Shown here: positions 1 through 13,089 of the stretch, one piece after another
Layout: each line of letters starts with the position of its first letter
How positions within the stretch are numbered: position 1 is the stretch's first letter
DNA from: Felis catus
Taxonomy: Eukaryota
Reading direction: 5' to 3'
Assembly (NCBI RefSeq): GCF_018350175.1
Contig: NC_058368.1
Coordinates: 142,354,001-142,418,000, forward strand
Length of the DNA: 64,000 bases
Notes under the pieces: generated by a model
What the model was told of the DNA's origin: nothing
The model's input: the letters and a program-made list of their open reading frames with translations, nothing else
Databases searched by the model: none
Position numbers and translations under genes: made by a program

Positions 1-3000
1 CTTGACACATACCAGTCAATAAGAATGAAATGTGCCAGCAGGAAAGGAAATGACGACTCTTGGGTTTTGGTTTATCCTGTCACACTGTCCTGTTGCAGGT
101 CTGTGAATCCCAGTGTTTAGAAGCAAACTTAAGCCCTGACCTTCAAAATAGGCTTAATGATACCAGCTAATGAGACAGAATTAAAGTCTTAAACAGGCAC
201 GTCAGACAACAGGCAGAAGAATATAGTAAGACCTACCAAGTCTGCTGCATATTGGGAATGGTTCTTCTGGTCCTCAATTTGGAGTATACCACCCAGGGGC
301 ACTCAGCTTGGTTGTGGGTTATAGCTAGAGACCAAATGGCAGGTGAAGTGTGCTCTGGAGTGAGTTTAACATAAGAGCCATGCCAGAAAATGGTCTGATC
401 TTCCTCTGCCGCTATTAAAAAAGTAGTTTCTGAAGTTAGGTCAGCCCGTAGTTGTCTCTGGGGTCTATCACCTTGCCCTAAAGCATTACTGTTTGGGGAG
501 AGGGGTGATAGAGAAAGGGACTAGGCCAGTGGGCCTTTGCTTTTCTTCTGACTGGCATATCTCCCCATGTGCCTGGTTGAGCAGTGATTGGCCCAGCTGG
601 GAGGAAGAAAAGCAGGGAGAATGATACTGCCCAGCGACCAAAGAAAACAGCTAGCACTGAAAGAGACAGGAAGTCACTCAGAGGGCTGATAACCTCTGCC
701 ATGGCTCAACTTGTTAGAACAGTACCCGAGAAGGTACCATTTTCTACAACTTTAAAAGATATCCTCATCTCTGTACCCCATCTCGTCTCTTGCTAGCAGC
801 CTCCCAGTTTGTTGCCCCAAGAGGATTAGAAGATGCCAGCATCTGCTCATCATGGGGTCACCTGGGGATGACTTAACTTTGGGGAAGAAAAAAAAAAAAA
901 AGAAACTGGTGGTTAGTTACTTGGACTACCCAAGACGCCACCACAGGCCGGAGACAGAGCCCTGACAAGCCCAGTGAGGCCAACCACACGGTGTCAGTTC
1001 TCTCATGATGTATCACAAGAGCTATCACAATGCAATGCCCACCACGCCCCTCTGCTGTTTTAGTAATATCTACCCCTACCTGGATGGAGCTTTCAGATTC
1101 AACCCTGGATTCCCAGCCGTGTGATCTTGCTGTATAGGAGTTTTCAGTCTCTGTGGTCAACCTAAACATGTGGTTTGGATTTAACTCAAATAATTAAACT
1201 ACATGAGCTCTAAGAGGATAGGAGCTATGTCTTATTACAGCATTTTCAGTGCCTAAAATCTAGAAGGTTCTAAAAAAAAAAAAAACATGAATGAAATGCA
1301 CCAAGAAGAGTAAAGTCCTCACCCTCTTGCTTTGTGACCCACATTCATTGACTGTGATTTGACCAACCACAGAGTTGTATATCTTATGTAATTTTTGGAC
1401 TACTGCCCTGGAATCAAATAATGATAGCAAATGTACATTTTAAGGAAATCCTTTAGGTGGGAAGACAAACATCTCCATAATCCTGCCAAGCCCCCAAATT
1501 TAGCAAGACTAGGAGTTGCTGAATATAATAAATAATACTTGAGCTGAAGATGACTACCTCACGTTTTATGAGATGCCAGGAATGGGGGAGCCCAGTCTGA
1601 ACCATAGCTCTTTAGTCTGTGGAGGAAGTGAAGAAAGTCTCCATGCTGTTTCAGTCTCTCCTTGGCTGTTAGAGCATCGCCTCCTTCCCTCAAGATCAAC
1701 CACACAATTGTCACTCTTTCACCACCAGCTGGCCAAGGGTATGGACTCAAGGTTTCTTGTCTTTTGTGGGTCACCCACCATTTTTGTGGAAGAAAGCCAT
1801 TTTTCCTGGGCTGAAAACATCAGAACCAAAGGCTGGCTCCTTACAGAAAAACAAGTGGGTCTTTGGGCATCACATTCCTACCTCCTCTTCAGACAGGCTT
1901 CCAGACAAAACTGCCAAGACAGGCTAGACCTTAGTTTGCAAAGCAATTTTCTAAGGACAGGAAGAAAAGAAGGCCATCTGTTACTGCTACTGTCAACCTG
2001 TAGCGAGGCCCCCAGCGAGGGACACAACAGTGAGCCTCTACTACATTGTAATCAAGAAGCTCATTCTAAAGCTATGAAATATCCTAATCTCTCTGGAGAG
2101 TGAGCACACAGCAGATAGTTGACAGTAGGCTTACTAGCTTTAGATAAATTTGGGTTCCAATTAGGTAAGTCACGGGGAGTGTGTGCTGAGTATATACCAT
2201 ATACTTGTCCTGCTGCCCGACACAGTCCAGGGGCCACAGCAGGGGTAGAGGACTGGGGTCATGTAGGGTTTCATAGGCTTTAAACGTTTTTAGGCCAGTA
2301 ATCCTCAAGGAATCTGGTCACACCACACATATCCCTGAACAAGGGGCCTTATATTCCTGCTGACCCCTTGGGTAGTCATCTACCTGGAAATATCCCGTCC
2401 CCCAATTCAGATGTCCCCTCCATGTGAAACATGTGTGATCACTTTGTGCCAGAATGGTATTCTCTGTGTGCTTTCACTACCCTGTGCATATTCCTCTTCA
2501 GCTCTTTATCACATTGTTACTTTTGTGTATTTATTCAACAGCTATTTACTGAGTTCTCTCCTCAGTGCCAGTCATTATACTCAGCCCTCAGGATACAGCA
2601 GTACCCTGGTAGGACTCTGAGCCCCTTGAGGGCAGAAAATTTTATTTCTTAGTATACATCACAATTTTGTCTTAGCGTTTACCACAAACCTGATGGGTGT
2701 GTCACAGTTAACTTTGGATAACAGAGCTCAAGAGTTCAATTTACTTCTTTGAAATAGCCACTGACTCTTCTAGGAACACAGCTGGGGACCCCTTTCAGGT
2801 CTACCCTGTGACTCAGAGGTCTGAGATGTGGACCTAGCTTAGCCTGGCTCCAGGTTTTGTGGACCCAGCTCAGTTCACCACAGCATAATGCCAGGAGGCT
2901 GCCCCTGACACCACACCCCTACACCTCATTCCCTTTCTCCAAGGCAGCCATCTCTCTAACAAGAAACAAGGCAAGTAAGACCAGAGAATGACTGACTGGC

Positions 3001-3189
3001 TTCTAGTATCCCAGCCCCATTCTAGGACACCGTTCAGAGAGCATTCCAGGCTTATGGGGAACTCCAATCAACAAGTTCAAAAAGTACCGACAGTAAAGGA
3101 TTAAAGCAAAACAGTCCTCCTTGCAAGAATTTTAGCTCATCTGCCATGTTGGCTTTTTCTCCTCAGCATCCTTTGCTGTTCTTCCTTAA

Positions 3190-3925
3190 CTTTCCAATAT
3201 CTTAACTCTAGAGTGCCCGGGGCTCAATCCTTTGTCCTCTTCTCTGTATTCTCCTCATTGATCACACTTGGTCCCATGGCTTTAAATACTCTAGGCTCTC
3301 ATCTCCAGATGTGCATATCCAATTGTCTACCTGATCTCTACTTGGATGTCTAGCAAGGTACTTGAAAATTATGTGCAAACCTAACTCTCGTCCCTCCCCA
3401 CTTCACAAGCTTATCTTTGCTCTGTGGACTTCATATCTGCAAATAGGAGTTCAGTTCTTATACCTGCTCAGGCCAAAAACCTTAGCATCATTGTTGACTC
3501 TGCTCTTTCAGAGTCCACAGCTCTCTATCAGCAAGGCCTATAAGCCTTCCTTCTAACTGTTCTCTGGGCCTGGAAAGCTCCTTCTCCTGATTACCCATAG
3601 GGCTGACTCCTTTATCTCCTTTTAAGTCTTTAAATCTGTTCTCCCTGAATTCTATGCTGACTAGCCTATTTCATATTAGAATTTGTCCTCTTATCATCCC
3701 AGCATACCTAACCTCTCTTACCCTGGCTACACCTTTTTTTCTTCTGTAGCATCCATCACCTTTTAATATACTAAATAATTTACTTATTTGGTTTACTGTG
3801 TCTCTGCCATCTTCAGTGTAAATTGCATGAAGAGAAAGAACTTAGGTTATTCTTTATCCCAACTGACTAGAACAATATAAGACATATAAAAGGTGCTCAG
3901 TAAATATTTGTGGGATGGATGAAAA
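3190..3925 (+). mobile_element. LINE-2 (L2a-like) 3' fragment
   Basis: Pyrimidine-rich L2-type text (cccatggctttaaatac...cttggatgtct...) ending in ggtgctcagtaaatatttg...gatggatgaa. Confidence 0.7.
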
Positions 3926-5017
3926 GACAGTGCTGTGATGCAGATGTCACATCTTAAAGAAAACTAATGTAACATAGTTGACAAGTTTTTTAAATGGTTG
4001 GAAGAAAAGCTTAAGTCAATAACGTGGATCTCTGGTGTTGGTAATTTTGGCCAACACAACAGCCATACTTACTAATGAAACCCACACAAGGTCCAAACCA
4101 CGGTACTGGCCTTTTACTTGACTGCAGGCAAGGAAAACCTTTCTAGCTATAGAAAATGATGTTCTTTGGGAGAACACAAAGAAAAGGGTATTAAGCCAAT
4201 TAAATGTAACAGATTTTCAGTTATCTAGCAGTTAGCCTTAGTTTAGCCTCAAAACTCTGAAACTGTTTCCAACAATGGCTGGCTGCAGTGAGGACAGCTA
4301 AAAAGACAGCGAAGCTGTGGCTGACTTGTTGGAACTTTCCAAGACACCAGAGGGGAGGGAATCAGTGCAGGGATAAACCTGGGGAAGTTCAGGAAAAATG
4401 GCAGGTGACAGAAGGCAGAGGGATACAAGGGTAAATGAAGGAGGTGGGCCATGGCAGTTTGCAAAGAGGTAAGGGTGGTACCTAGAAGCAGCATAAGTCT
4501 GGAGAATGTAAAGACGGACAGAAGGTGCCAGAATTGAAGGCAGAGAACAAAGAACTGCTCTTTAGCCCAGGAAAAGACTCCCCCCCCCTCCCCCAGCCCA
4601 CACCTCATCAGCAGCCCAGAAGGCAGGGTCACATGTTAGCATCTGATGTGTGGGGTGTGCATTCCAGGAGAGGAATATCATGTTGAGTTATTTACCTCTA
4701 AGTCTGGAACCATCATGTGGTACAACAACTGATGTACAGGGTGATTTACAACAAACCTAGGGATGCTGGTTAACATTTACCTGGATGTTTAGCTCTCTCT
4801 TCTGTCTAAATTTGAATTCTTCCCCAAATCATCTTTCATGCTGACAGTTGGAAGTCATTTTGGCCGTCCTTAATGGCTATTTGTAGGTCATCAACTGTTA
4901 CTAGGTGAAGACACTTCTCTTTTACAGTACCCCAAGCAAACATACATCATGAAGAAGGCACACTGTATCAGACCATCTCCAGTTCCCACCCATTGAATCT
5001 GTCATCAAGCTATTCTT

Positions 5018-5233
5018 TTTTTTAAACAACTTTTTTAATGTTTATTTATTTTTGAGAGAGAGAGAGAGTGTGAGCAGGGGAGGGTCACAGAATTAGGGAT
5101 ACAGAATCTGAAGCAGGCTCCAGGCTCTGAGTTGTCACCACAGAGCCTCATGCGGGGCTTGAACCCACGAACCATGAGATCATGACCTGAGCCGAAGTCA
5201 GACGCTCCACCAGCTGAGCCACCCAGGAGCCCC
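5018..5233 (-). mobile_element. Can-SINE (felid type) with 18-bp TSD
   Basis: Reverse of GGGGCTCCTGGGTGGCTCAG..., (CT)n and A-tail; TSD tgtcatcaagctattctt at 5000-5017 and 5234-5251. Confidence 0.95.
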
Positions 5234-5390
5234 TGTCATCAAGCTATTCTTATCCCAATCATCATGGTATGAACCTGTATACTTCTCATGTGCAGGGGTT
5301 GTGCGAGACATTTCTGTACTGATTGCTCTCAGTAACGATACAAGGCTTCACTAGGTTCTCTCTACTGTTTTAAGAAAGAAGAAAAGTAAG

Positions 5391-5565
5391 TTTGTTGTTG
5401 TTTTTAAATTTTAGAGCATTTGAGCAAGGGAGAGGGACAGAGGGAGAGAGCAAGAGAATCTTAAGGAGGCTCCACACTCAGCATGGAGCCTGACCTGTGG
5501 CTGGATCCCACGACCCTGGGATTGTGACATGGCCTGAAATCAAGACTGAGCCACCCAGGTGCCCC
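5391..5565 (-). mobile_element. Older Can-SINE with internal deletion
   Basis: gagccacccaggtgcccc head; segment between caaga and ctgag missing relative to other copies. Confidence 0.85.
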
Positions 5566-6092
5566 GAAGTGTACTTTTTATTTAACAATTTTAGCTATGC
5601 AATTTTAAGGTGCAAGTATAGGGTTAACCAACTATCTGGAAAACTATCTAGAACAAGGGTAGTAAAAAAGAGAAGTCTTAACTCTGACATAATATGCATT
5701 TGTCCCATAAAAGAACGGTATTGGTTTTGGCTCAGATGGACTCCCATTCAATTGTAAACTTGTTAACAGCCCTAAGGAGTGTGGTCCCTTTTCCTTGGCT
5801 TCTGTGTCTCCATCCCTATCCCAAATCCACACTCAGTCCTTAAGCCATTTTCCTCTACACATGCTGTGTTCTTGACCCAACTTCACAAGTCGTTTCTTAT
5901 TCCTGTTTTCTTTCTAGTCTTAACATCTTTTCCAGAACCTTTTGGAAAGGTCTTCTATGGCAAAATAGTAGATTCGAAGTAAAGATGACACGGAGCTAAA
6001 GCTATAAACACCCTCCCCATTTTACACATTCACAACTATAACTAAAGTTGGAAGTTTATACGGATGATTGGAACTTTTTAATAGGGCAACCA

Positions 6093-6296
6093 GGGGCACC
6101 TGGTTGGCTCAATCACCTAAGGGTCCGACTTCAGCTCAGGTCATGATCTCACGGGGTCATGGGTTTGAGCCCTGCATTGGGCTCTGGGCTGCCAGTGCGG
6201 AGCCTGCTTGGGATTCTCTCTGTCTCCCTCTCTCTGCCCCTTCCCCATGTGTGCTCTCTCTCTCTCTCTCAAACATAAGTAAACTTAAAAAAAAAA
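6093..6296 (+). mobile_element. Can-SINE
   Basis: GGGGCACCTGGTTGGCTC head, (CT)n, A-tail. Confidence 0.93.
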
Positions 6297-6309
6297 TGAC
6301 AGTGACAAG

Positions 6310-6545
6310 CATTAATGCTCATTGAGCACTATAATGTGCCAGGCACTGGTGAAGCATTTTAACTCATTTAGTCCTTCTAACAATCTTCAGAGGTTGGCAC
6401 TATTATCATTTGATGGATGAGGAAACGGAAGCATGTGGGGTTAAATTAAGTAGGGTTACACAGCTAATGAGTGGTGGGGCTGGGACTCCAATCCAGGCAA
6501 TATGGCTCCAGAGTCCACTCCTGAGCCCTCATGCTAGACTACTGC
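6310..6545 (-). mobile_element. MIR SINE
   Basis: attgagcact..tgtgccaggcact...gatgaggaaacggaagc...cacagctaatgagtggtggggctgggactc, reverse MIR core. Confidence 0.8.
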
Positions 6546-9441
6546 TGCTGCTTCACTGCAAACCAGAGATTAGCTTCTGAAACAAAAGCATGTGTCCAGC
6601 TGAAGAGGGGAGACTCATATGGCTGGCTTCCTTACACCTACAAGAGGTTAGAGAGCAGATGATGAGGAACACTTATCAAGTGAGAGAACCACAGGAGTGT
6701 TGTGAGGGAGTGGTGGGGAGAGGGAGACTGCACCAAAAGGTGAGGACAGGCTGATTTGCCAACCGTACAGCAAGACCACCAAAAGGTAAAGAAGTTCCAT
6801 CCACAGGACTTTCTCTTCCATTACAGTCTGAGTATCACCAACCTCCTTACTGCCATATAGATGCCACTTGGGAATGGCTGTCCCTGGCCAGAGAAGCTTC
6901 TAGGAGGAAAACCTAGTGACCAAGTGAGAACAATTTCAAGTCTGTGGTGATGTCCTCTTCTGAAGGTGTGGAACACCTGTGTGAGAAAACTGCAAGCAAA
7001 ACTGCAAGCAAAACTAGAGGGGAAAAATGTAAGCCATACAATCCATACACATTTTTGTCTTTGCTCCGAGATTCTGTATGATTGGGGACCATCTAAAACT
7101 GCACATCCACCCAGAACAATGTCATCCACAAGAAAACATGTCCTACGTTCTTCCCAGGACAGCCGATTAGACAAAACACAGCACCTAGAGCATTCTCAGC
7201 CCCCAAATTACATCCTCCTCCAGCAGGTCTGCCACTGTTTAACCATCTCACCCCCTTCAGGTGGCTTTTCTTAATCCACAGAATATGGCTGATGATCTTT
7301 GTCTCTCTTGACCTCCTCCTCCTCCATCATTGTGCCATTGTCTCTGCATCATAGGCTTAAGCTAACCATGTGTTGGTGAGAGATCTGCTTGTCTCGGTGT
7401 CTACAGGACCGGGATATTGCCCTCAATCTTAGGCATCAGGCTCTCATAAAATCTTGCTTAGCACAAGTGTAAACACCAGGATGGTGGCTCCCAGGACCCT
7501 TCTTTCCACCCAAGGAGAGTTCTGCTCCCATGCCTCCCAAGTTCCAAAGCTAACTAGCAATGGTATTCCAGCCTGCTTGACTTCTCAGATGCCAGGCCAC
7601 TATCCTCAGTTCCAAAATGTCAAGTTAGCCATTCAGAGTCAGGGACATTTGAATAGTATTTATAAACAAGTAATTAAGTATTAGTTATAAGGCAAATCAA
7701 AGATTTCTGCCCAAGAACTGCCACCTTTGGTTAACCTATACCTTTGAAATCACTTTGCCCATTAAAGTTTTTCAAGTTCTCAATGAAAATTTATTCAAAA
7801 GCCAAAACAGAATTTGGTTTTGGTGCTTGCCGGTTCTGAAATGATTCTTTAGTTCTCCAGGTGATGGCTCCATTAATTATTTATGCCTTGTCTGGGCGGG
7901 CAGAGGTCATGTCAGGATGGGGCTCAGCAGCTCTGGTAAACACTTTACTCAGTCTCAAATATCTAGAAACTTATAGCTGTGCTAGTACAGATCATAACAC
8001 AGATGTTTTTATCAGTGAACATACATTTACTGAGGCCCATTCTGAGTAGAACTAGAACTGTGAAAAAGACACAATCTACACCCTTTAACATTCTTGAAGA
8101 GTGTTGTCCACACTTCTGGACCTCACACACTAGTATAATAGCCAGAAAAGTTATCGGAAGGCCGATATTTTTATTTTGCCAATATAAGGACACTGAAAAT
8201 AACCACAATCTTCTTTCCTCATCATTGCATAAAAGAAAGGATATTTTAACACAAAAACTGAAGGATGTAATCTGACAATGAAGGACAGTTCTATAAATTG
8301 AATACATGCAGCTCTAAGAAATCTTACTACACTGTCCTTATCTTTCTCGTTTTTGCTGTGCACCTTTTGCAGTGGAAACCTTCGCACAGAGTGGACCAGG
8401 ATTCACTCAAAGGCAGTAACTGCTGGGCAAGAGGCCCATCTGAGGAGAGGGAAGGGAGGTGGAGAGGGTCCTGTGTCAGGCTGGGGACACCTTTCTAAAA
8501 AGCAAGTAATAGGTTCAAGAGTAAAGAGGCTCTTTCAAATTCTCTCTTTGGAATCCAAAATCTAAAATTGTTTTTACTGCGCTGAATTTTGAAATGTCAG
8601 GAGTTTATGGACAAGCCAGACTAGGCTCAACTCTTATATTTAATAACTCTGCTTTGATGGCCAGGTCAGGAACTGGAGGTCAAAGCGTTCACGGGTAATG
8701 AAAGGGTTTTTGACTGATGACCACAGTGTCTTTGTAATGCAGATTATGCCTACATGTCATCTTCCTACAGGATTAATAACATTAGAGGTTTTTCACCAAG
8801 ATTTTCTGAAGGGAAGGAGAAGAAAAGGATCAGGTGTCAATTTTTTTAAAAAGCTCTATTAAGACTCCCACCATCTCCCAGAAGGGTCTAGTACGGTACT
8901 TGTCTCCTACTAAGAACACTCCCATGGAATTATAATTAGCAAGAAAAATACTTTTCCCGGGTGGGGGGTGGACAGCGGATGACAGAGCAACATAAAGGGA
9001 ATTCTTTGGAAGACCATCAGAGCATAGTTGTCACAAAGAGGCTTTACAACCAAGGCCCCAGAGGAAGTTTCTGTTATAATTACTCAGAATTAATGACCAC
9101 CAATTAAGAATTGTCTGATGCCCTTAAAATATATGGAGAAACAATCTATAAGAAAGATGCACTTTCCCTCATGTTGAACCCTCCTTGAAGTCTTTCTCAG
9201 CAATGATTCATATTTACATGCAAATTACTTCACCAGTTTCTAAAGCCTTAACTCTTAAAATGCATCCTAACAAACACAGGTAAAGAAGAATTTACTCAGA
9301 TTATTCCTTCCTGTGAATTACTTTCATTCTAAGTGAGAAGCTATTTTTTAAACTATTTACATGCAACTGGGAAAAATTTATGAAATATTTTCTTGATAAA
9401 TTATTCATCCAACATGCAGGATTAAGAAAGAGCTCCTGTTT

Positions 9442-9640
9442 GGGGCACCTGGGTGGCTCAGTCAGTTGAGCCTCTGACTCTTGGTTTAGGCTCAAGTCAT
9501 AATCCCAGGGTCATGGCATCACCCCCGGCCCCGCCCTCCCTCCCTGAACATGGAGCCTGCTTGTGATACTCTCTCTCCCTCTGCTCCTCTCCCCTGCTTG
9601 CACATTCTGTCTCTCTTCAAAAAAAAAAGGAAAAAAAAAA
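9442..9640 (+). mobile_element. Can-SINE
   Basis: GGGGCACCTGGGTGGCTCAGTCAGTTGAG head, A-tail, degenerate TSD ag(c/t)tcctgttt. Confidence 0.92.
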
Positions 9641-10372
9641 AGTTCCTGTTTGACTATAACCAAATTACACTGATCATTCAAAATAAACTTCCAAAATAAA
9701 ATGCAGTGTATAGCAGAGTAAAAGACACTTTAAAAAATGTTGAGCTATGAAATTTTGAGGATGATAAGTAAATCTCTTGCCTGCTAAAGGTCTTAGGGTC
9801 CAGATCACGTTAAATAATTCCTACAGGGAAGCACACATCATCTTTTCAACACTAGGGCCCTGAGGTTAGCCTCAAAACTCTCAACACATAGCAACTGTGC
9901 GTTTTGTGTTAAAGTTTTTAATATTGGCTTCATGTCCTATGTTTATTTGAGATTTCATTGGTACTGGGGGCTGTCTTTTAAAAAAGAGACTGATTCCTGG
10001 ACATTTAATAACACTACTGGAGAGACTGTATACAGTAACTGAGCTAATAATGGCTGACTATGCCATAGCACAGCATCAGAGGAGATGCAGATTACTTTTC
10101 AAGTGGCAATGCAGCCTAGAAAACCATCATTGCATTAAGCTCTTAAAACAGAGTACCTGAACTGCTCATGTAAATATTCAGAGCCATACTTAACGTGATT
10201 ATTTGTTAATGGAATTTGAACATACAGCATCCATGCCATGATAATTTACATCTGTAATTAAGTGGTTGCCATGGCAAATGGCTTTCCACATTTTATATAT
10301 GCATATCAATTGCTATATCTGAATTTTAAGAGAATTTCCAATTTTCTTCCAGACCTTCCAACTGATTTTAAC

Positions 10373-10581
10373 TTTTTTTAATGTTTACTTATTTTTGAGA
10401 GAGACAGAGAGGAGCACAAGCAGTGGAGGGGCAGAGAGAAAGGGAGACAAAGAATTTGAAGCAGGCTCCAGGTGCTGAGCTTACAGCACAGAGCCCAATG
10501 TGAGGCTTGAACCCATGAGCCATGAGATCATGACCTGAGCTGAAGTCGGATGCTCAACCGACTGAGCCACCCAGGTGCCCC
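10373..10581 (-). mobile_element. Can-SINE (felid type)
   Basis: Reverse head gagccacccaggtgcccc, T-rich tail. Confidence 0.93.
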
Positions 10582-10881
10582 CAGTTCCATCTCATTCTTA
10601 AGATTTCAGCTAAGACGTTGTTTTCCCTGGGAAGCCATCCCTGACTCAAAAACCTCTCAGTGTTAACAGTGCTTCAAACTTGCCTGTTTTCCCATTATGT
10701 ACTCGGGCAGGATCCTATACATTCTTCAAAAACAGATCCCAGTTCCTAGATTTATTCAAATTAGGTGTCTGCTTGGTCCACTTGCTTTTAGGGAATAGTT
10801 TTGTTTTTGTTTTTTGGGTTTTTTTGGTCTTTTTTTTGCTTGTTTTCTGTATCTAACAATATGGTTGAGTTCTCTGTTCCC

Positions 10882-10884
<3 letters not shown>

Positions 10885-10933
<49 letters not shown>
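10885..10933. repeat. (CA)~24 microsatellite
   Basis: Perfect AC repeat. Confidence 0.97.
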
Positions 10934-10934
<1 letters not shown>

Positions 10935-12659
10935 TTTGCTTATCTAGGGTACAGTTTGTAAAACAAAGACTAATATGGCTGGGGATCAGAAACTCAAAAA
11001 ACTGTAGACCTGGTCTTTGCACTTACTAGGCATCCCATAAAAGCTCCTTGAATTGAAATTTAATTCTACCCTGCTGTAGAACATTTCTGCATTCTTCAGT
11101 TTTCACCAAGGGATTACCAGAGATTGATGAATGAGTACATATGTCATAATCGATGGTTTTCTTAAATTGTTTCAGACATAGAGCTGCTAGACCCAACCTC
11201 TGGCACTTTCTGTCTGGAGAGCCAGAATGGAGAGCCTCCTTTTGATGGCCAGAAGCTTCCAGTGCCTTGTTCTAAGAAGGAAAAGCAGGGGATGCTTCCT
11301 CTATTTTCCTCATGCCTTTTCTTTGAGGTTATTCTGAAGTTGGATAATCAGGGTCACACTACTTTCGTGGAGAAAGCCAGGTTAATTTTTCAGGTGTGAA
11401 ACTACGGGACAAGGTCTCTGTGAGAGCCAGGAATCGCTTCCCCTCTCCCTATGCTTTCTAAGTCCCCGTTCTTATTTTTCTCCTCTCCAATGGCTGATCT
11501 TTTTGGCCCAGAAGTGAATGGGTAGAGCATGGGATAAGTCAGAATGGATGCTGAGATTGGGGTGAGTCATGGTTATCTTCTTGATGCTAAGGTTACTGTT
11601 CACCCTGCGAAAAATAACCGTAGGAATACCAAATCCTAGCTAATAATCATGGTCTATTTTAGATGCCTATCCATACTTGCACAACCATTCTGATTTACGA
11701 CAAAGCAATTCCACAAGCAGCAAAGGTAAAACCCTCTCCTTGTCTGCTCTCACCGGTTCTTCTTTTACTCCTTTCCCTTTTTTCATATCGTCCTCCTTCA
11801 TCCTCAGTCACTGCTCATTTCCCAGAAAGCTGAGCCTGCACCCCCCAGGTGCTGAGCCATGGCGACAGAGAGCGACTCCCATGAGCACACCCTCTATGCC
11901 AGCCCAGCGCAGGCAGAGGTCAGCCCCACAGCCATCTATCTGGTCAGACTGGTGGGGCAGCTTGCCAAGGCGATCCTCTAGGACTGAAATGGATGGAGAC
12001 AGACAGAGGGCTACGGGAGTACAGAGCGTGAGGGCCGACCAGACACAAAGGAGCAAACAAGCAGATGAGGGAAGACTGAAAAGACAGCAGGCAGCCAGGC
12101 CCGGCAGCTCATGTGCTAGTCCAACCCTCACGGCGACGCCAGTGGAACGGTCCAAGCCAATGCAAGTGAGCCAAATCCTGAGCTCATTTTAATGGCTTCT
12201 GTCCCAAACCTGAGTCACTGGGGATTCCATGGACTTCCAAGAGAGCCCTCCATGCGTTTCTAAAAACAAACCGCTCGATGCTGTCATGGAAAACCTGGAT
12301 CTTTGCGTTCTATGGTTTCATTATGGATTACATCCAGGTCACAACCTAAGGAAGACAAGCTGGCAGCAACGACCCTGCCGGCTGCGTGCCCAGCCTTTGT
12401 AATCAATCCCAGAGGACTAGGGCCTGATGTGTGCTGCTGGCTCTGCCAAACAAGCCCTCACCTAGGGACACGCAGTCGGCCTGTGAGTTACTCTGTGGGG
12501 GGAGCCTGCAAAGGCACCTGCAGTCAAGGCTCCATTGCTCGAAGCAGACGCCAGAAAGGGAAGGACCTACAGACTGTGTGTGTCTGCGGGAAGAGGAGGA
12601 GAAGTTCTTGGTTTTCCTGTCAATTCAACTGCTATCTCCTGCTTAAAAAGAAAAAAGAA

Positions 12660-12876
12660 GGGGCGCCTGGGTGGCGCAGTCGGTTAAGCGTCCGACTTCA
12701 GCCAGGTCACGATCTCGCGGTCCGTGAGTTCGAGCCCCGCGTCAGGCTCTGGGCTGATGGCTCAGAGCCTGGAGCCTGTTTCCGATTCTGTGTCTCCCTC
12801 TCTCTCTGCCCCTCGCCCGTTCATGCTCTGTCTCTGTCCCAAAAATAAATAAACGTTGAAAAAAAAAATTTTTTAA
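12660..12876 (+). mobile_element. Young SINEC_Fc-type Can-SINE
   Basis: GGGGCGCCTGGGTGGCGCAGTCGGTTAAGCGTCCGACTTCAGCCAGGTCACGATCTCGCGG..., CpGs intact; TSD aaaaagaaaaaagaa. Confidence 0.96.
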
Positions 12877-13089
12877 AAAAAGAAAAAAGAAAAAAAAAGC
12901 CCCAAGAACACCCGTAGTCACACCAGTGCCGCAGGACTGCTCTACACTCTCTTCAGCCCTGATACAGGCAGGCTAGGAACAGGCCAGGGAGCGGCCCTAT
13001 ACGACACGGTCATGTTGGACTGCGAGAGAACAAGGTCAATTCTGAGGACTAAAGTAAATACCACTATTCCTTAAGATACAGCATTTCTA

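Noticed and set aside
478..2103. ORFs near the left edge considered as the last LHFPL2 exon or a pseudogene
   Set aside because: None resembles the expected LHFPL2 C-terminus (LYPAGWG...C...C.LGWA) or any protein I recognise.
6986..7015. Short tandem duplications (aaaactgcaagc x2.5; also ccgtggctg x2 at 14281 and ttgcttgttcacc x2 near 22238)
   Set aside because: Ordinary slippage duplications with no further structure.
11677..12192. 171-aa + strand ORF with an antisense exon-like segment (acceptor 11807, donor 12166)
   Set aside because: No recognisable protein; its pyrimidine tract is simply the complement of the purine-rich stretch of the minus-strand candidate exon; no further support.
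12303..12848. ORFs containing GAPGWRSRLSVRL or WVAQSVK motifs (also about 24871, 32818, 49050, 51201, 54010, 56827)
   Set aside because: Translations of Can-SINE sequence, not genes.
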